This document shows positions 7,718 to 17,713 of a stretch of DNA of 64,000 bases, one piece after another. The notes below the pieces were generated by a model. It did no database searches, was not told the origin of the DNA, and saw nothing but the letters and a program-made list of their open reading frames with translations. The first letter of the stretch is position 1; each line of letters starts with the position of its first letter. The stretch comes from Vulcanimicrobiota bacterium. GTDB lineage: Bacteria > Vulcanimicrobiota > Vulcanimicrobiia > Vulcanimicrobiales > Vulcanimicrobiaceae. A program made the position numbers and the translations under genes. The DNA lies in the NCBI GenBank assembly GCA_963840635.1, contig CAWIZU010000008.1, positions 32,268 to 96,267 on the forward strand, in the 5' to 3' direction.

Positions 7718-9110
7718 GCGACTGCGGCCGCACGATCTCGTCCGGCTGACGCCGCGAGCCGTTGCGCGCATCGCCGCGGATGCACCGGCGTGGGCAGCGG
7801 CGAGCCTGCAACGCGCGCCGTGGGCAACCGTACGGCGCGCGCATGTTGCCGGCGCCATTGCAATCGGTGTGCGCGGTCTGGAGCGCGAGCATCGGCATGC
7901 GACCGGGGTGCAGGCTGACGACGTCGACGGAGTCGTGACCCCCGAGATGCTGGCAGGTTCGCGGCCGGGCCGCAACCACGGCGCGTTTGCGGCGCTGCGT
8001 ACCGTGGTGTATGAGGCACGGGCACGCGGGCTCTGCGCAGGTCCGATCGGTGCAGCCGGCTTCGAACTTGCAACCGGCGTCGCGGCCTTGCACGATGGAA
8101 GCGACCTCGACGTGCTCGTCCAAGCCCAACCGTCACACGGCGCGCTTGCGTCGTTTGCGCGGACGCTTGCGCAGCTTCCGGTGCGTATCGACGTCGAGCT
8201 CGCGTTCGGCGACCGCTACGCGGCAGCGCTCGAGGAAGCGCTGCGTGGTGGGACCTTGATGGTCAAGACGCCGAGTGGACCACGGCTGTTGCCGCGATTT
8301 TCACCTGCGCAGGCCGCCGTCCAAGCTTTGATTGCCGAAGCCGAACTCACGCCCAAGCCGGCACTTGTCGACCGGCGTGGCAACGGTGCGCACGACGATC
8401 TCACGCTGGAATTGCTCGTGCAGTCAGCGCAGGTGCTCGGCGCGACGTTCGAGCACGTTGCTGCGGTTGCACGCGGCGCGTCGATCGATGCGAAATTACG
8501 CGAACAGCTCGGTGCAATCGGTCGTGATGGCGAGCGAGCGATGCTCGACGTAACCGGCGGGATCAATACCCACCGGGGTGCGATCTGGTCGCTCGGACTC
8601 CTGATCGCTGCACATGCGAGCACCGGATCGCGCGAGCCGCGCGCTATCGCTCGTGTAGCTGCGCGAATCGCGGCGCTTCCAGATGCTGCCGCCGTTGCGC
8701 CGGATTCACACGGCCTGCAGGCGTGCGAGCAGTTCGGCGTGCACGGTGCACGGGGCGAGGCGCGCGCGGGATTTCCGCATGCGCTGAACTGCGCGTTGCC
8801 TGCACTACGCGCCGCTCGCGCACGCGGGGCACGCGAGTCGGTTGCGCGCGTTGACGCGTTGCTGGCGATTGTGAGCTCGCTCGACGATACGTGTCTCTTG
8901 CATCGGGGTGGACGTCCGGCGCTCGAGGCTGCACAGACCGGCGCAAGGTCCGTGCTTCGTGCTGGCGGCATCGGCGAAGCGGCGGGCGTGGACGCGTTTG
9001 CAACGCTCGATGCGACGTTGCTCGCGCTGCGCGCGTCGCCTGGCGGCGCGGCCGATCTGCTCGCGGCAGCCTTGTTCCTCGATTCGATCGAGCGCGGCGC
9101 GTGGGCATAG
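7710..9110 (+). CDS. single ORF fusing MdcG (phosphoribosyl-dephospho-CoA transferase) to MdcB (triphosphoribosyl-dephospho-CoA synthase)
   Basis: Met90 of ORF 7443..9110. The N-terminal ~190 aa (MHERLRPHDLVRL...WATVRRA...IGVRGLEREHRHA...GPIGAAGFELATGVAALHDGSDLDVLV...VRIDVELAF...LMVKTPSGPRLL) look like MdcG. The remainder (ALIAEAELTPKPALVDRRGNGAHDDL...DVTGGINTHRGAIWSLGLL...HGARGEARAGFPH...DTCLLHRGG...SPGGAADLLAAALFL) looks like MdcB/CitG. There is no stop or plausible internal start at the junction. Confidence 0.75.
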   Translation: MHERLRPHDLVRLTPRAVARIAADAPAWAAASLQRAPWATVRRAHVAGAIAIGVRGLEREHRHATGVQADDVDGVVTPEMLAGSRPGRNHGAFAALRTVVYEARARGLCAGPIGAAGFELATGVAALHDGSDLDVLVQAQPSHGALASFARTLAQLPVRIDVELAFGDRYAAALEEALRGGTLMVKTPSGPRLLPRFSPAQAAVQALIAEAELTPKPALVDRRGNGAHDDLTLELLVQSAQVLGATFEHVAAVARGASIDAKLREQLGAIGRDGERAMLDVTGGINTHRGAIWSLGLLIAAHASTGSREPRAIARVAARIAALPDAAAVAPDSHGLQACEQFGVHGARGEARAGFPHALNCALPALRAARARGARESVARVDALLAIVSSLDDTCLLHRGGRPALEAAQTGARSVLRAGGIGEAAGVDAFATLDATLLALRASPGGAADLLAAALFLDSIERGAWA

Positions 9111-10021
9111 CATTTCTGTTCCCGGGACAAGGCTCGCAATATCCCGATATGCTTGCGCGCGTTGCGAGCGATGCTCGTGCCGCCGAAACATTCGACGAAG
9201 CGCGCGGCGTGCTCGGGTACGACGTGCGCGACCGCGACGACGTTACGGCGCTAGCCTCAACGGTCAACGTACAACTCGCTCTGCTGGTTGGAGGCGTTGC
9301 ATCGGCGCGTGTGCTCGCGGCGTACGGCGTGCGCCCCGACGTGGTCGCTGGCCATTCGGTTGGTGGCTTCGCGGCCGCGGTCACAGCGGGCGCGATGCAG
9401 TTTGCCGATGCCTTACGCGTTGTTGGCGAACGGGCGCGCACGATGGAGCGACTCTTTCCATCCGGGTATGGTATGGGTGTCATCGCCGGACTTACCGAAC
9501 GCGTCGTGCGCGAAATCGTGAGCGCGCAGGAGCGCGAGGGCGCGCAAGTCTACGTCGCAAACGTCAACGCGCCGACCCAGTGCGTTATCGCGGGCGCAGC
9601 GCAAGCAGTGGGCTGCGCGCTCGACGCAGGGAACGCCGCGGGTGCGCGTCGGGCTGACCGGCTCGACGTTGCCGTACCGTCCCACTGCCCCTTGCTCGCG
9701 CCGGTGCAGGCGCGCCTCGCAGAAGTGCTCGCTGACGTGGTCCTTGCGGATCCGAGCATCACCTACGTGGGTAGCGTCGGACCGCGCGTAATTCGCGATG
9801 CACGCGCCCTGCGCGACGATCTCGCGGCCGGCGTTGCGCACGAAGTGCGATGGCACGACGCTTCAACGATGCTGGTCGAGATGGGCGCGCGCGTCCTCGT
9901 CGAGACGATCCCCGGACACGTACTCACCGATCTCGCGCAGCAGGCGTTTTCCAATGTGCGCGCGATCGCGTTCGACGACGCGGGTGCACGGGCGGTCGCG
10001 GCGCGAGTCGCACGTGCCTGA
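9101..10021 (+). CDS. mdcH: malonyl-CoA:ACP transacylase
   Basis: GTG 9101 lies within ORF 8891..10021 and overlaps the mdcGB stop. GIAFLFPGQGSQYPDM, AGHSVGGFAA (active-site GHSxG) and the PSHCPLL region are present. Confidence 0.88.
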   Translation: MGIAFLFPGQGSQYPDMLARVASDARAAETFDEARGVLGYDVRDRDDVTALASTVNVQLALLVGGVASARVLAAYGVRPDVVAGHSVGGFAAAVTAGAMQFADALRVVGERARTMERLFPSGYGMGVIAGLTERVVREIVSAQEREGAQVYVANVNAPTQCVIAGAAQAVGCALDAGNAAGARRADRLDVAVPSHCPLLAPVQARLAEVLADVVLADPSITYVGSVGPRVIRDARALRDDLAAGVAHEVRWHDASTMLVEMGARVLVETIPGHVLTDLAQQAFSNVRAIAFDDAGARAVAARVARA

Positions 10022-10904
10022 ACTTCCGGATATCAGCGCCTATATCCACGCGCTCGAACCGCGCATCGTCGGGCAGCCGCTCGAAGGCGTGCGCCTCGGA
10101 AGTCCGTTTCTGCTGCGCACGGCGCAGCCGCCGCGCAGCGACGCGTACGGGCACACGGTTGTCGCGTTGCGCCGGATCGGCAAACGGATCGCTATCGGGC
10201 TGGACGGTGATCTATGGCTCGTGCTGCACTTGATGATTGCCGGACGTCTGCATTGGCGCACACCGGGCGCGCCGATACGCGGACGCAACATGCTTGCTGC
10301 ATTCGATTTCCCAAACGGCTCGCTCGTGCTTACCGAAGCCGGGTCAAAGCACCGCGCGTCGCTCAGCGTTGTGGGCGGTGAGGAGGCGCTTGCGCAGCTC
10401 GATCCGGGTGGTGTCGACGTGTTTACCAGTGACATCGGCGCATTTCGTGCTGCGCTGCGAGCCGAGAACCGGACGCTCAAACGCGCTCTTACCGATCCGC
10501 ACATCGTCGACGGGATCGGCAACGCCTACTCGGACGAGGTCTTGCACGCGGCAAAGTTGTCGCCGATTATGCTGACGCACAAGTTGCATCCACCGGAGTG
10601 GGAGACGCTGTTCGCCGCGACGCGCGAGACACTGCAGTGGTGGATCGATCGTTTGCAAGCCGAGGCGGGTGACGGTTTTCCGGAGGGCGTGACGGCGTTT
10701 CGGTCGGAGATGGCGGTACACGGAAAGTACGGCAAACCGTGCCCGCGCTGTGGTGCGCCGGTGCAGCGCATTCGCTACGCCGACAACGAAACGAACTATT
10801 GCGCCAAGTGCCAGACCGGTGGCAAGCTGCTTGCCGACCGCAGCCTCTCTCGCCTGCTCAAGGGCGATTGGCCCAAGACGCTCGAGGAGTTAGAACTTTT
10901 GTAA
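10014..10904 (+). CDS. Fpg/Nei-family DNA glycosylase/AP lyase
   Basis: GTG 10014 gives an M-PELPD N terminus with the catalytic Pro2. GIGNAYSDEVLHAAKLSP is the H2TH element. The C-terminal zinc finger is CPRCGAPVQRIRYADNETNYCAKCQ. It overlaps the mdcH stop by 8 nt. Confidence 0.85.
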   Translation: MPELPDISAYIHALEPRIVGQPLEGVRLGSPFLLRTAQPPRSDAYGHTVVALRRIGKRIAIGLDGDLWLVLHLMIAGRLHWRTPGAPIRGRNMLAAFDFPNGSLVLTEAGSKHRASLSVVGGEEALAQLDPGGVDVFTSDIGAFRAALRAENRTLKRALTDPHIVDGIGNAYSDEVLHAAKLSPIMLTHKLHPPEWETLFAATRETLQWWIDRLQAEAGDGFPEGVTAFRSEMAVHGKYGKPCPRCGAPVQRIRYADNETNYCAKCQTGGKLLADRSLSRLLKGDWPKTLEELELL

Positions 10905-10955
10905 GCCGCACGAAGCGACTAAATTTGTAAAGGGCTTGGCGGGCCACGCAGGGGT

Positions 10956-10965
10956 TGGTATACCA
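10956..10965. promoter_or_regulatory. perfect palindrome TGGTATACCA, candidate GntR/FadR-type operator
   Basis: It fits the general GntR-family operator pattern (t.GT...AC.a). It lies ~40 nt upstream of the likely gntR start (ATG 11004, preceded by GGGAGGA). The identical 10-mer recurs at 45337-45346. Confidence 0.45.
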
Positions 10966-11003
10966 GGTACCATATGCCACTTTTCCCGCGGGAGGATGTG
11001 GGC

Positions 11004-11684
11004 ATGGCGTTAGGTCTGGTGCGGCTAGAATCCGAGGCAAGCTTCGCGCATCGCGCGTATGCCGCACTGCGCGCTGCGCTGCTCGAAATGAACATCTACG
11101 AGCGTGCCGACCAAGATCTGCGCTTGGACGAGCGCGACCTTGCGAAGCGCATGGGCGTGAGTCGCACGCCAATTCGCGACGCGCTTGCGCGCCTGGAGCA
11201 CGAAGGTTTGGTTGAGAGCGTGCCGCGTCGCGGGTATTTCATCGTGCGCAAGAGCCGCGAAGAACTCGTGGAGATCATCAAAGTCTGGGCGGCACTGGAA
11301 AGTATGGCAGCACGGCTGATCACCGAGCGCGCCAGCGACCAAGAGATCTCGTCGTTGCGCACGATCTTCGCGACGTTCGAAAACGGTGAGCTTGCGGCAA
11401 AGCTCGACGAGTACTCCGACGCCAATCTTTCGTTCCACGGTCGCATTATCGAGCTCGCGCGTTCGACGACGCTTTCGAAGATGGCGGAGACGTTGATGAT
11501 TCACGTGCGCTCGATCCGGCATCGCACGATCGCTGAACACCATCGCTTCGAACGTTCGATAGTCGACCATAGCCACATCATCGAAGCCCTCGAGACGCGC
11601 GACGCGGAGCTCGCCGAGCGCCTCGTTCGCGAACACGCACTTGGTTTAGCAGCACACGTAGCGGAGCACGTTCATGATATCTAA
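11004..11684 (+). CDS. GntR/FadR-family transcriptional regulator
   Basis: ORF 10974..11684. The winged HTH is LDERDLAKRMGVSRTPIRDALARLEHEGLVESVPRRGYFI. An all-helical FCD-like C-terminal domain follows. ATG 11004 is preferred over 10974 because of its Shine-Dalgarno sequence. Confidence 0.85.
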   Translation: MALGLVRLESEASFAHRAYAALRAALLEMNIYERADQDLRLDERDLAKRMGVSRTPIRDALARLEHEGLVESVPRRGYFIVRKSREELVEIIKVWAALESMAARLITERASDQEISSLRTIFATFENGELAAKLDEYSDANLSFHGRIIELARSTTLSKMAETLMIHVRSIRHRTIAEHHRFERSIVDHSHIIEALETRDAELAERLVREHALGLAAHVAEHVHDI

Positions 11685-13389
11685 TACCCTTGGTACCGAA
11701 ACGCACGAAGTCAACGGTGCGGTGCCGACAAAGAAAATATCCGGCGGCCATCTCGTCGCAAAAGCGCTGAAGGCCGAAGGGGTCGATACGATCTTCACGC
11801 TGTGTGGTGGTCACATCATCGACATCTATGATGGCTGCATCGATGAAGGCATCAAGATCATCGACACGCGTCACGAGCAGGTTGCCGCGCACGCGGCCGA
11901 CGGCTATGCGCGGATGACCGGAAATTTAGGCTGCGCGGTTGTTACCGCCGGCCCTGGAACGACCAACGCAATTACCGGCGTAGCCAATGCATTTCGCGCC
12001 GAGAGTCCGATGCTCTTGATCGGCGGCCAAGCCGGGCTTTCGCAGCATCGCATGGGCGGCTTACAAGATCTGCCGCATGTCGAGATGTTGCGACCGATCA
12101 CGAAGTTTGCAACCAGTGTTACCACGACGTTGCGTGTTGCCGATTTCGTTTCGATGGCCGCGCGCGAGGCGTTCAACGGTTCGTTCGGACCGGTCTACCT
12201 CGAGATTCCGCGCACGGTGCTCGATCATGAGATCGAACCGGATAAAGCGGTGATTCCGCAAGCCGGACACTACCGTTTTTCGACTAAGAGCTTAGGCGAT
12301 CCCAACGACGTCCAACGCCTCGCTGACATTTTGTCGTCATCGACGCGGCCATGCGTGCTGCTTGGTCAGCAGGTTTGGACGTGCCGCGCTACCGATGTTG
12401 CACGCGAGTTTGTCGAAAAACTCAACATCCCAGCGTACATGAACGGTGCCGGCCGCGGCACGCTCTCGCCGGATCACCCGCTCAACTTCCAATTGACGCG
12501 CCGCGACGCATTCGAGGCCGCCGATGTGATCGTCGTCGTTGGGACGCCGTTCGATTTCCGTTTGCGTTACGGCAAGAGCCTCAAAGCCAAGACGGTCGTC
12601 CAGATCGACATGTCCTACGCGACGGTCGGCCGCAATCGCGACGTCGATCTCGGCCTAGTCGGCGATGTCGGCGTGATCCTCGAAGCGGTGACGCGTGCAG
12701 CCGGCGGCAATAAGGCTGCCGCGCAGGCCCGCAACGCGTGGGTTACGCAGTTGCGCGAAAAGGAGAACGCTGCGATCGCAGCACGTTTACCGAAATTACG
12801 CAGTGATGCGCGGCCGATACATCCGTATCGCCTGGCCTACGAAATCGATCAATTCCTTACCGACAACTCGATCTTCGTGGGCGACGGCGGCGACGTCGTT
12901 ACCTTCGCGGGCAATGTCGTGCGGCCGAAAGCACCGGGACTGTGGATGGATCCCGGACCGCTCGGGACGCTCGGTGTCGGTACCGGCTTTGCGATGGCGG
13001 CGAAGCTCGCGCATCCGAATCGCGAAGTCGTCGCACTTTTCGGCGACGGCTCGTTCGCGATGACCGGCTTCGATATGCAGACGGCTGTGCGCTTCGGCAC
13101 GCCGTACATTGCGATCGTCGGAAACAACAGCTACATGAATCAGATCCGTTGCGGCCAGATTCAGAAGTACGGAAAAGAACGCGGCGACGTCGGCAACTAT
13201 TTGGGTGACGTTGACTTCGAGAAGTTTGCCGATATGCTCGGGTTCTACGGTGAGGCCGTGCGCGAGCCCGAGCAGATCCGTCCCGCGCTCGAACGCGCGC
13301 GTGAATCTGGGACCTGCGCGGTCATCAACGTGTGGCTCGATCCCGATGCATACGCACCGGGCACCGAAAATCAGACGATGTATAAATGA
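11674..13389 (+). CDS. oxc: oxalyl-CoA decarboxylase (ThDP-dependent)
   Basis: 571-aa intact ORF. It has the ThDP-enzyme architecture ([13 protein letters not shown]..., ...[30 protein letters not shown]...) and is directly followed by frc with an ATGA overlap. Confidence 0.88.
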   Translation: MISNTLGTETHEVNGAVPTKKISGGHLVAKALKAEGVDTIFTLCGGHIIDIYDGCIDEGIKIIDTRHEQVAAHAADGYARMTGNLGCAVVTAGPGTTNAITGVANAFRAESPMLLIGGQAGLSQHRMGGLQDLPHVEMLRPITKFATSVTTTLRVADFVSMAAREAFNGSFGPVYLEIPRTVLDHEIEPDKAVIPQAGHYRFSTKSLGDPNDVQRLADILSSSTRPCVLLGQQVWTCRATDVAREFVEKLNIPAYMNGAGRGTLSPDHPLNFQLTRRDAFEAADVIVVVGTPFDFRLRYGKSLKAKTVVQIDMSYATVGRNRDVDLGLVGDVGVILEAVTRAAGGNKAAAQARNAWVTQLREKENAAIAARLPKLRSDARPIHPYRLAYEIDQFLTDNSIFVGDGGDVVTFAGNVVRPKAPGLWMDPGPLGTLGVGTGFAMAAKLAHPNREVVALFGDGSFAMTGFDMQTAVRFGTPYIAIVGNNSYMNQIRCGQIQKYGKERGDVGNYLGDVDFEKFADMLGFYGEAVREPEQIRPALERARESGTCAVINVWLDPDAYAPGTENQTMYK

Positions 13390-14636
13390 TCGAAACCAAG
13401 ACGAAGAGAGCACTCGACGGCGTTCGCATATTGGACATGACCCATGTCCAATCTGGTCCCTCATGTACGCAGATACTTGCGTGGCTCGGCGCTGACGTCA
13501 TCAAAGTGGAACTCCCGGGGCGTGGCGATATCACGCGCCAGCAACTGCGCGACATCCCCGACGCCGACAGCCTGTACTTCGTGATGCTCAACGGCAACAA
13601 ACGTTCGCTAACGCTCAACACGAAGACGCCGCAAGGCAAAGCGATCTTCACCAAGCTGATTCAATCGTGCGACGTATTGGTCGAAAATTTCGGGCCCGGC
13701 GTGCTCGATCGCCAAGGATTTCCGTGGGAGAAGATCCAGGAGCTCAACGCGCGGATGATCTACGCCTCGATCAAAGGCTTCGGCCCTGGACAATATGTCG
13801 ACGCAAAGGCCTACGAGCCGGTTGCGCAGGCGATGGGCGGCTCGATGAGCACGACGGGCTTCGAAGAAGGTCCGCCGCTTGTCACCGGCGCGCAGATCGG
13901 CGACTCCGGCACCGGCATTCACGCGGTCGCTGCGATTCTCGCGGCGCTCTATCAGCGCGATGTGCTCACTGGCGTCGGGCAACGCGTCGTGTGCACGATG
14001 CAAGATTCGGTGCTCAATCTCTGTCGCGTGAAGATGCGCGACCAGCAGCGAATCGCGCGCGGGCCGTTGCGCGAGTATCCGAATCGTTCATTCAACGGTG
14101 TCGTACCGCGTTCGGGCAATGCCTCGGGTGGTGGGCATCCCGGGTCCGCCTTGCGTTGCGCTCCCGGTGGTCCGAACGACTACGTCTACCTGATCATTCA
14201 GCCGCAGATTTGGGAGCCGCTCTGCAACGCAATGGGTCGCCCGGATCTCATCACCGATGCCAAGTACGCAACACCCGAAGCGCGCGTGCCGATTTTGGAT
14301 GAAGTGTTTCGCATCATTGAGGCGTGGACGCAGCAATTCGGCAAGTACGAAGTTCTCGAGCGTTGCAACGCGCTCGACATTCCGTGCGGACCGGTGCTCG
14401 GGATGAGCGAGTTGCTCGAAGATGAAGCGCTGCGCGCGCGCGGTATGGTCGCTGCCGTTGAACATCCGGAGCGGGGCACATATTACACGGTCGGCTGTCC
14501 GCTCGGCCTTTCCGATTCACCGGTCGAGTACCGCCGGGCACCACTTTTAGGCGAGCACAACGAAGAACTCTTAGAAGAACTGATGGGCTACGATGCTGCG
14601 CAGGTTGCGAACCTGCGAACGGAAGGGGTTATTTGA
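13386..14636 (+). CDS. frc: formyl-CoA:oxalate CoA-transferase (family III CoA transferase)
   Basis: 416-aa intact ORF with [33 protein letters not shown] and [17 protein letters not shown]. Confidence 0.88.
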   Translation: MIETKTKRALDGVRILDMTHVQSGPSCTQILAWLGADVIKVELPGRGDITRQQLRDIPDADSLYFVMLNGNKRSLTLNTKTPQGKAIFTKLIQSCDVLVENFGPGVLDRQGFPWEKIQELNARMIYASIKGFGPGQYVDAKAYEPVAQAMGGSMSTTGFEEGPPLVTGAQIGDSGTGIHAVAAILAALYQRDVLTGVGQRVVCTMQDSVLNLCRVKMRDQQRIARGPLREYPNRSFNGVVPRSGNASGGGHPGSALRCAPGGPNDYVYLIIQPQIWEPLCNAMGRPDLITDAKYATPEARVPILDEVFRIIEAWTQQFGKYEVLERCNALDIPCGPVLGMSELLEDEALRARGMVAAVEHPERGTYYTVGCPLGLSDSPVEYRRAPLLGEHNEELLEELMGYDAAQVANLRTEGVI

Positions 14637-14903
14637 GTGCCTCATTTCACAAATACCGGTGCATTCGCCGGAGCGGCGATTGGCCGCAGCCGAGGCGCGA
14701 GGAAGGAGCATAGTCGTAGCTCTGTGACTGACGAGCAACGACGGCTCCGGCCAATCGCGGCCCAGCCCTTCGGGTTGCCTCATCGGCATTCCGCGGGCAT
14801 CGTTACTCTTCGCTCGCAAAGCACTGCTTTTGTCGCTCATCGTGTCTCGCCCGCGAAAGCCGATGAGTGCAACGAACGTATCGCTATTTATGAAGTGAGG
14901 CAC
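14637..14903. repeat. 267-bp non-coding structured element bounded by 19-bp imperfect terminal inverted repeats
   Basis: Left end GTGCCTCATTTCACAAATA (14637-14655) pairs with the right end TATTTATGAAGTGAGGCAC (14885-14903) at 17 of 19 positions. Nested arms are GTTGCCTCATCGGCATTCCGCGGGC / GCCCGCGAAAGCCGATGAGTGCAAC. Two mutually exclusive stems are also present: GCCGGAGC/GCTCCGGC and GCGATTGGCC/GGCCAATCGC. The overlapping 89-aa ORF has clearly lower third-position GC than neighbouring genes. Confidence 0.6.
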
Positions 14904-14908
14904 TAATC

Positions 14909-16387
14909 ATGGCTATGGCCGTAACGCCGAGCACGCTGGTTCGGATACCACAAACCAAACTGCTGATCGACGGTAAATGGGTCGATGCGCTCTCGGGCAA
15001 GACGTTCGAGACCCACAATCCCGCAACAGAAGACGTCATCGCGGACGTTGCGCAGGCCGACGCCGACGACGCAGCGCTCGCGGTCAAGGCGGCGCGCCGC
15101 GCGCTCGAGGACGGACCGTGGGGCAAGATCCGTGCGTCTGAACGCGCGCGTATTATGGTCAAATTTGCGGCGTTGATCCGCGAGCGACAAGACGAGATCG
15201 TCGCGCTCGAGTCACTTGACGGTGGTAAGCCGGTCAGCTCCGTGCGCCGTCAAGACTTCCCGGCGATGCTCGACTGCATCGAATACTATGCGGGATGGCC
15301 CGACAAGATCACCGGCGACGTTGTGCCGGTGCGCCCGGATGCGCTCACGTACATTGCGCGCGTGCCGGTCGGGGTCGTCGGCGCAATCGTGCCGTGGAAT
15401 TTCCCGTTGATGAATTCGATGTGGAAGATTGCGCCCGCGCTCGCGTGCGGCTGCACGATCGTCATGAAGCCGGCCACCGAGACGCCGCTGACCGCGCTCC
15501 TGCTTGGTGAGCTTGCGCTCGAAGCCGGCGTGCCGCCCGGTGTGCTCAATATCATTCCGGGCCCAGGATCCACCGCGGGTATGGCGCTGGTGCGCAATCC
15601 CGACGTCGACAAGATCTCGTTTACCGGTTCGCCAGCCGTCGGCAAGTTGATCATGGAGAACGCCGCGCCGTTCGTTACGCGCTTGACCCTTGAACTTGGC
15701 GGCAAGTCGCCGAACCTGATCTTCGACGACGCCGATATCGACGCGGCGGTCAAAGGGTCGTCGGCGGGAATATTTTTCAATAGCGGACAGGTCTGTTCGG
15801 CCGGCTCGCGCGTGCTCGTGCAGCAGGATATGTACGACGAGTTCTGCGACAAGATGGTGTCGCGTTCGAAGAGCCTCAAGATCGGCGATCCGCAAGATGA
15901 GAACACCTACATCGGTCCGGTCATCTCGAAGAAACAGATGAACTCGATCATGGGCTACATCGCGGACGGCAAGGCCGAAGGCGCGACGCTTAAATCCGGC
16001 GGAGAACGTGTCGGTTCGAAGGGCTACTTTATCGAACCGACCGTCTTTACCGAAGTCGACAATTCGATGAAGATCGCACGTGAGGAGATCTTCGGGCCGG
16101 TTGCCGCGGTGATTCGCTTCAAAGATGAAGATGATGCGGTCCGTATCGCCAACGAATCGGACTTCAGCCTTGCGGCGGGCGTATGGACGAAAGATATCGT
16201 GCGCGCGCACACGATGGCGCAACGCCTGCATGCGGGAACCGTGTGGGTGAACACCTATGGGCAGAGCGACACGCGTCTGCCGTGGGGCGGTTTGGGAGGC
16301 GACTCGGGTATGGGTCGCGACCTTGGAGAGACCGCTCTCGACAATTACACTGACAAGAAGACCATCTGGATCAATCTACGCCGCTAA
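14909..16387 (+). CDS. NAD(P)+-dependent aldehyde dehydrogenase
   Basis: 492-aa intact ORF with the ALDH signatures VPWNFPL, ELGGKSP and FFNSGQVCSAGSR (catalytic Glu and Cys). Confidence 0.9.
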   Translation: MAMAVTPSTLVRIPQTKLLIDGKWVDALSGKTFETHNPATEDVIADVAQADADDAALAVKAARRALEDGPWGKIRASERARIMVKFAALIRERQDEIVALESLDGGKPVSSVRRQDFPAMLDCIEYYAGWPDKITGDVVPVRPDALTYIARVPVGVVGAIVPWNFPLMNSMWKIAPALACGCTIVMKPATETPLTALLLGELALEAGVPPGVLNIIPGPGSTAGMALVRNPDVDKISFTGSPAVGKLIMENAAPFVTRLTLELGGKSPNLIFDDADIDAAVKGSSAGIFFNSGQVCSAGSRVLVQQDMYDEFCDKMVSRSKSLKIGDPQDENTYIGPVISKKQMNSIMGYIADGKAEGATLKSGGERVGSKGYFIEPTVFTEVDNSMKIAREEIFGPVAAVIRFKDEDDAVRIANESDFSLAAGVWTKDIVRAHTMAQRLHAGTVWVNTYGQSDTRLPWGGLGGDSGMGRDLGETALDNYTDKKTIWINLRR

Positions 16388-16438
16388 ATCACTCGGAACT
16401 GTTGCTTCTCGATTCATACGATGAGAAAGGGTGCATGA

Positions 16439-17713
16439 ATGGCCGCTCAACAAACTGCCGCGGCGGTGCCGCGCACAAGCGTATTGCGTAACCCCTGGAT
16501 CCAACTTGTCGCCGGCATCGTCTGCATGGCGATGATCGCCAACCTGCAATACGGATGGACCTTGTTCGTTGAACCGATCAACGCGTCCACAGGGTGGAAG
16601 ATATCGGCGATCCAAGTTTCGTTTGCAATTTTCGTGCTTGTCGAAACATGGCTCGTTCCGTTCGAGGCGGCGCTGGTCGACCGGTATGGTCCGCGCCGCA
16701 TGGTTATGATCGGCGGCGTGTTCGCTGCACTCGGCTGGGTCGTTAACTCGTTTGCTTCGTCGCTTGAAGTGCTGTATCTCGGTGCGATTCTTGCCGGTAT
16801 CGGCGCCGGAATCGTTTACGGGACATGCGTCGGCAATGCGTTGAAGTGGTTCTCGAGCAAACGCGGTCTCGCAGCCGGTTTGACGGCCGGGGGCTTTGGT
16901 GCGGGTGCAGCACTGACGGTCATTCCGCTCGCGAACATGGTCAAGTCGAGTGGCTGGGAACAAACGTTTCTGGTCTTCGGAATCATTCAGGGTGCCGTAG
17001 TGATAGTCGCAGCGCTGTTTCTCGTAACGCCGCCTGCGACTGCGCCCAAAGACTCGCGTCCGATCAAGGTGCTGCAAGGCAATCACGACTACACCCCGGG
17101 TGAGACCTTGCGCTCCCCGATCTTCTGGGTGATGTACGTGATGTTCACGCTGGTTGCAGCCTGCGGACTCATGGCCGTCGCGCAGCTCGGTCCAATCGCC
17201 AAGGACTTCGGCATCGACAAGACGCCGGTGACGATCCTCGGCATCACCGGGGCAACGCTCACCTACACGCTCTCGCTCAACAATCTGGTCAACGGGTTTA
17301 CACGCCCGTTCCTTGGATGGATCTCCGACAATATCGGGCGTGAGCTTACCCTCTTTATCGCGTTCTTGCTCGAAGGAATCGGCATCTTTGCGCTGATGAA
17401 GTTCGGCCATTCGCCGGTTGCCTTCGTGCTGCTCGCGGCCTTGGTGTTCTTCGCTTGGGGTGAGATCTTCAGCATCTTCCCGGCGACAACGCGCGATCAA
17501 TTCGGGCAGAAGTATGCCACGACAAACTACGGGATGCTCTACACCGCAAAGGGAACCGGCGCGCTCCTGGTGCCGTTCGCGAGTGTGCTCACTGCGGCAA
17601 CCGGAAATTGGACGGCCGCGCTCTCGGTGGCGGCCATTTTCAGTATCGTGGCTGCGCTGCTCTCGATCGGCGTGCTACGACCGTTACGTGTAATGGAGGA
17701 TCGAAAGCGCTAG
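16439..17713 (+). CDS. MFS oxalate:formate antiporter-type transporter
   Basis: 424-aa, ~12-TM ORF with an OFA-family-like N terminus (WIQLVAGIVCMAMIANLQYGWTLFVEPI). It lies in the oxc-frc neighbourhood. Confidence 0.8.
   Translation: MAAQQTAAAVPRTSVLRNPWIQLVAGIVCMAMIANLQYGWTLFVEPINASTGWKISAIQVSFAIFVLVETWLVPFEAALVDRYGPRRMVMIGGVFAALGWVVNSFASSLEVLYLGAILAGIGAGIVYGTCVGNALKWFSSKRGLAAGLTAGGFGAGAALTVIPLANMVKSSGWEQTFLVFGIIQGAVVIVAALFLVTPPATAPKDSRPIKVLQGNHDYTPGETLRSPIFWVMYVMFTLVAACGLMAVAQLGPIAKDFGIDKTPVTILGITGATLTYTLSLNNLVNGFTRPFLGWISDNIGRELTLFIAFLLEGIGIFALMKFGHSPVAFVLLAALVFFAWGEIFSIFPATTRDQFGQKYATTNYGMLYTAKGTGALLVPFASVLTAATGNWTAALSVAAIFSIVAALLSIGVLRPLRVMEDRKR

Noticed and set aside
14637-14906. 89-aa ORF MPHFTNTGAF... 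filling the frc-ALDH gap as a possible small protein.
   Set aside because: Its third-position GC is clearly below that of neighbouring genes and there is no Shine-Dalgarno sequence. The ORF boundaries coincide with terminal inverted repeats and nested stems, so it is better explained as structured non-coding DNA or RNA.
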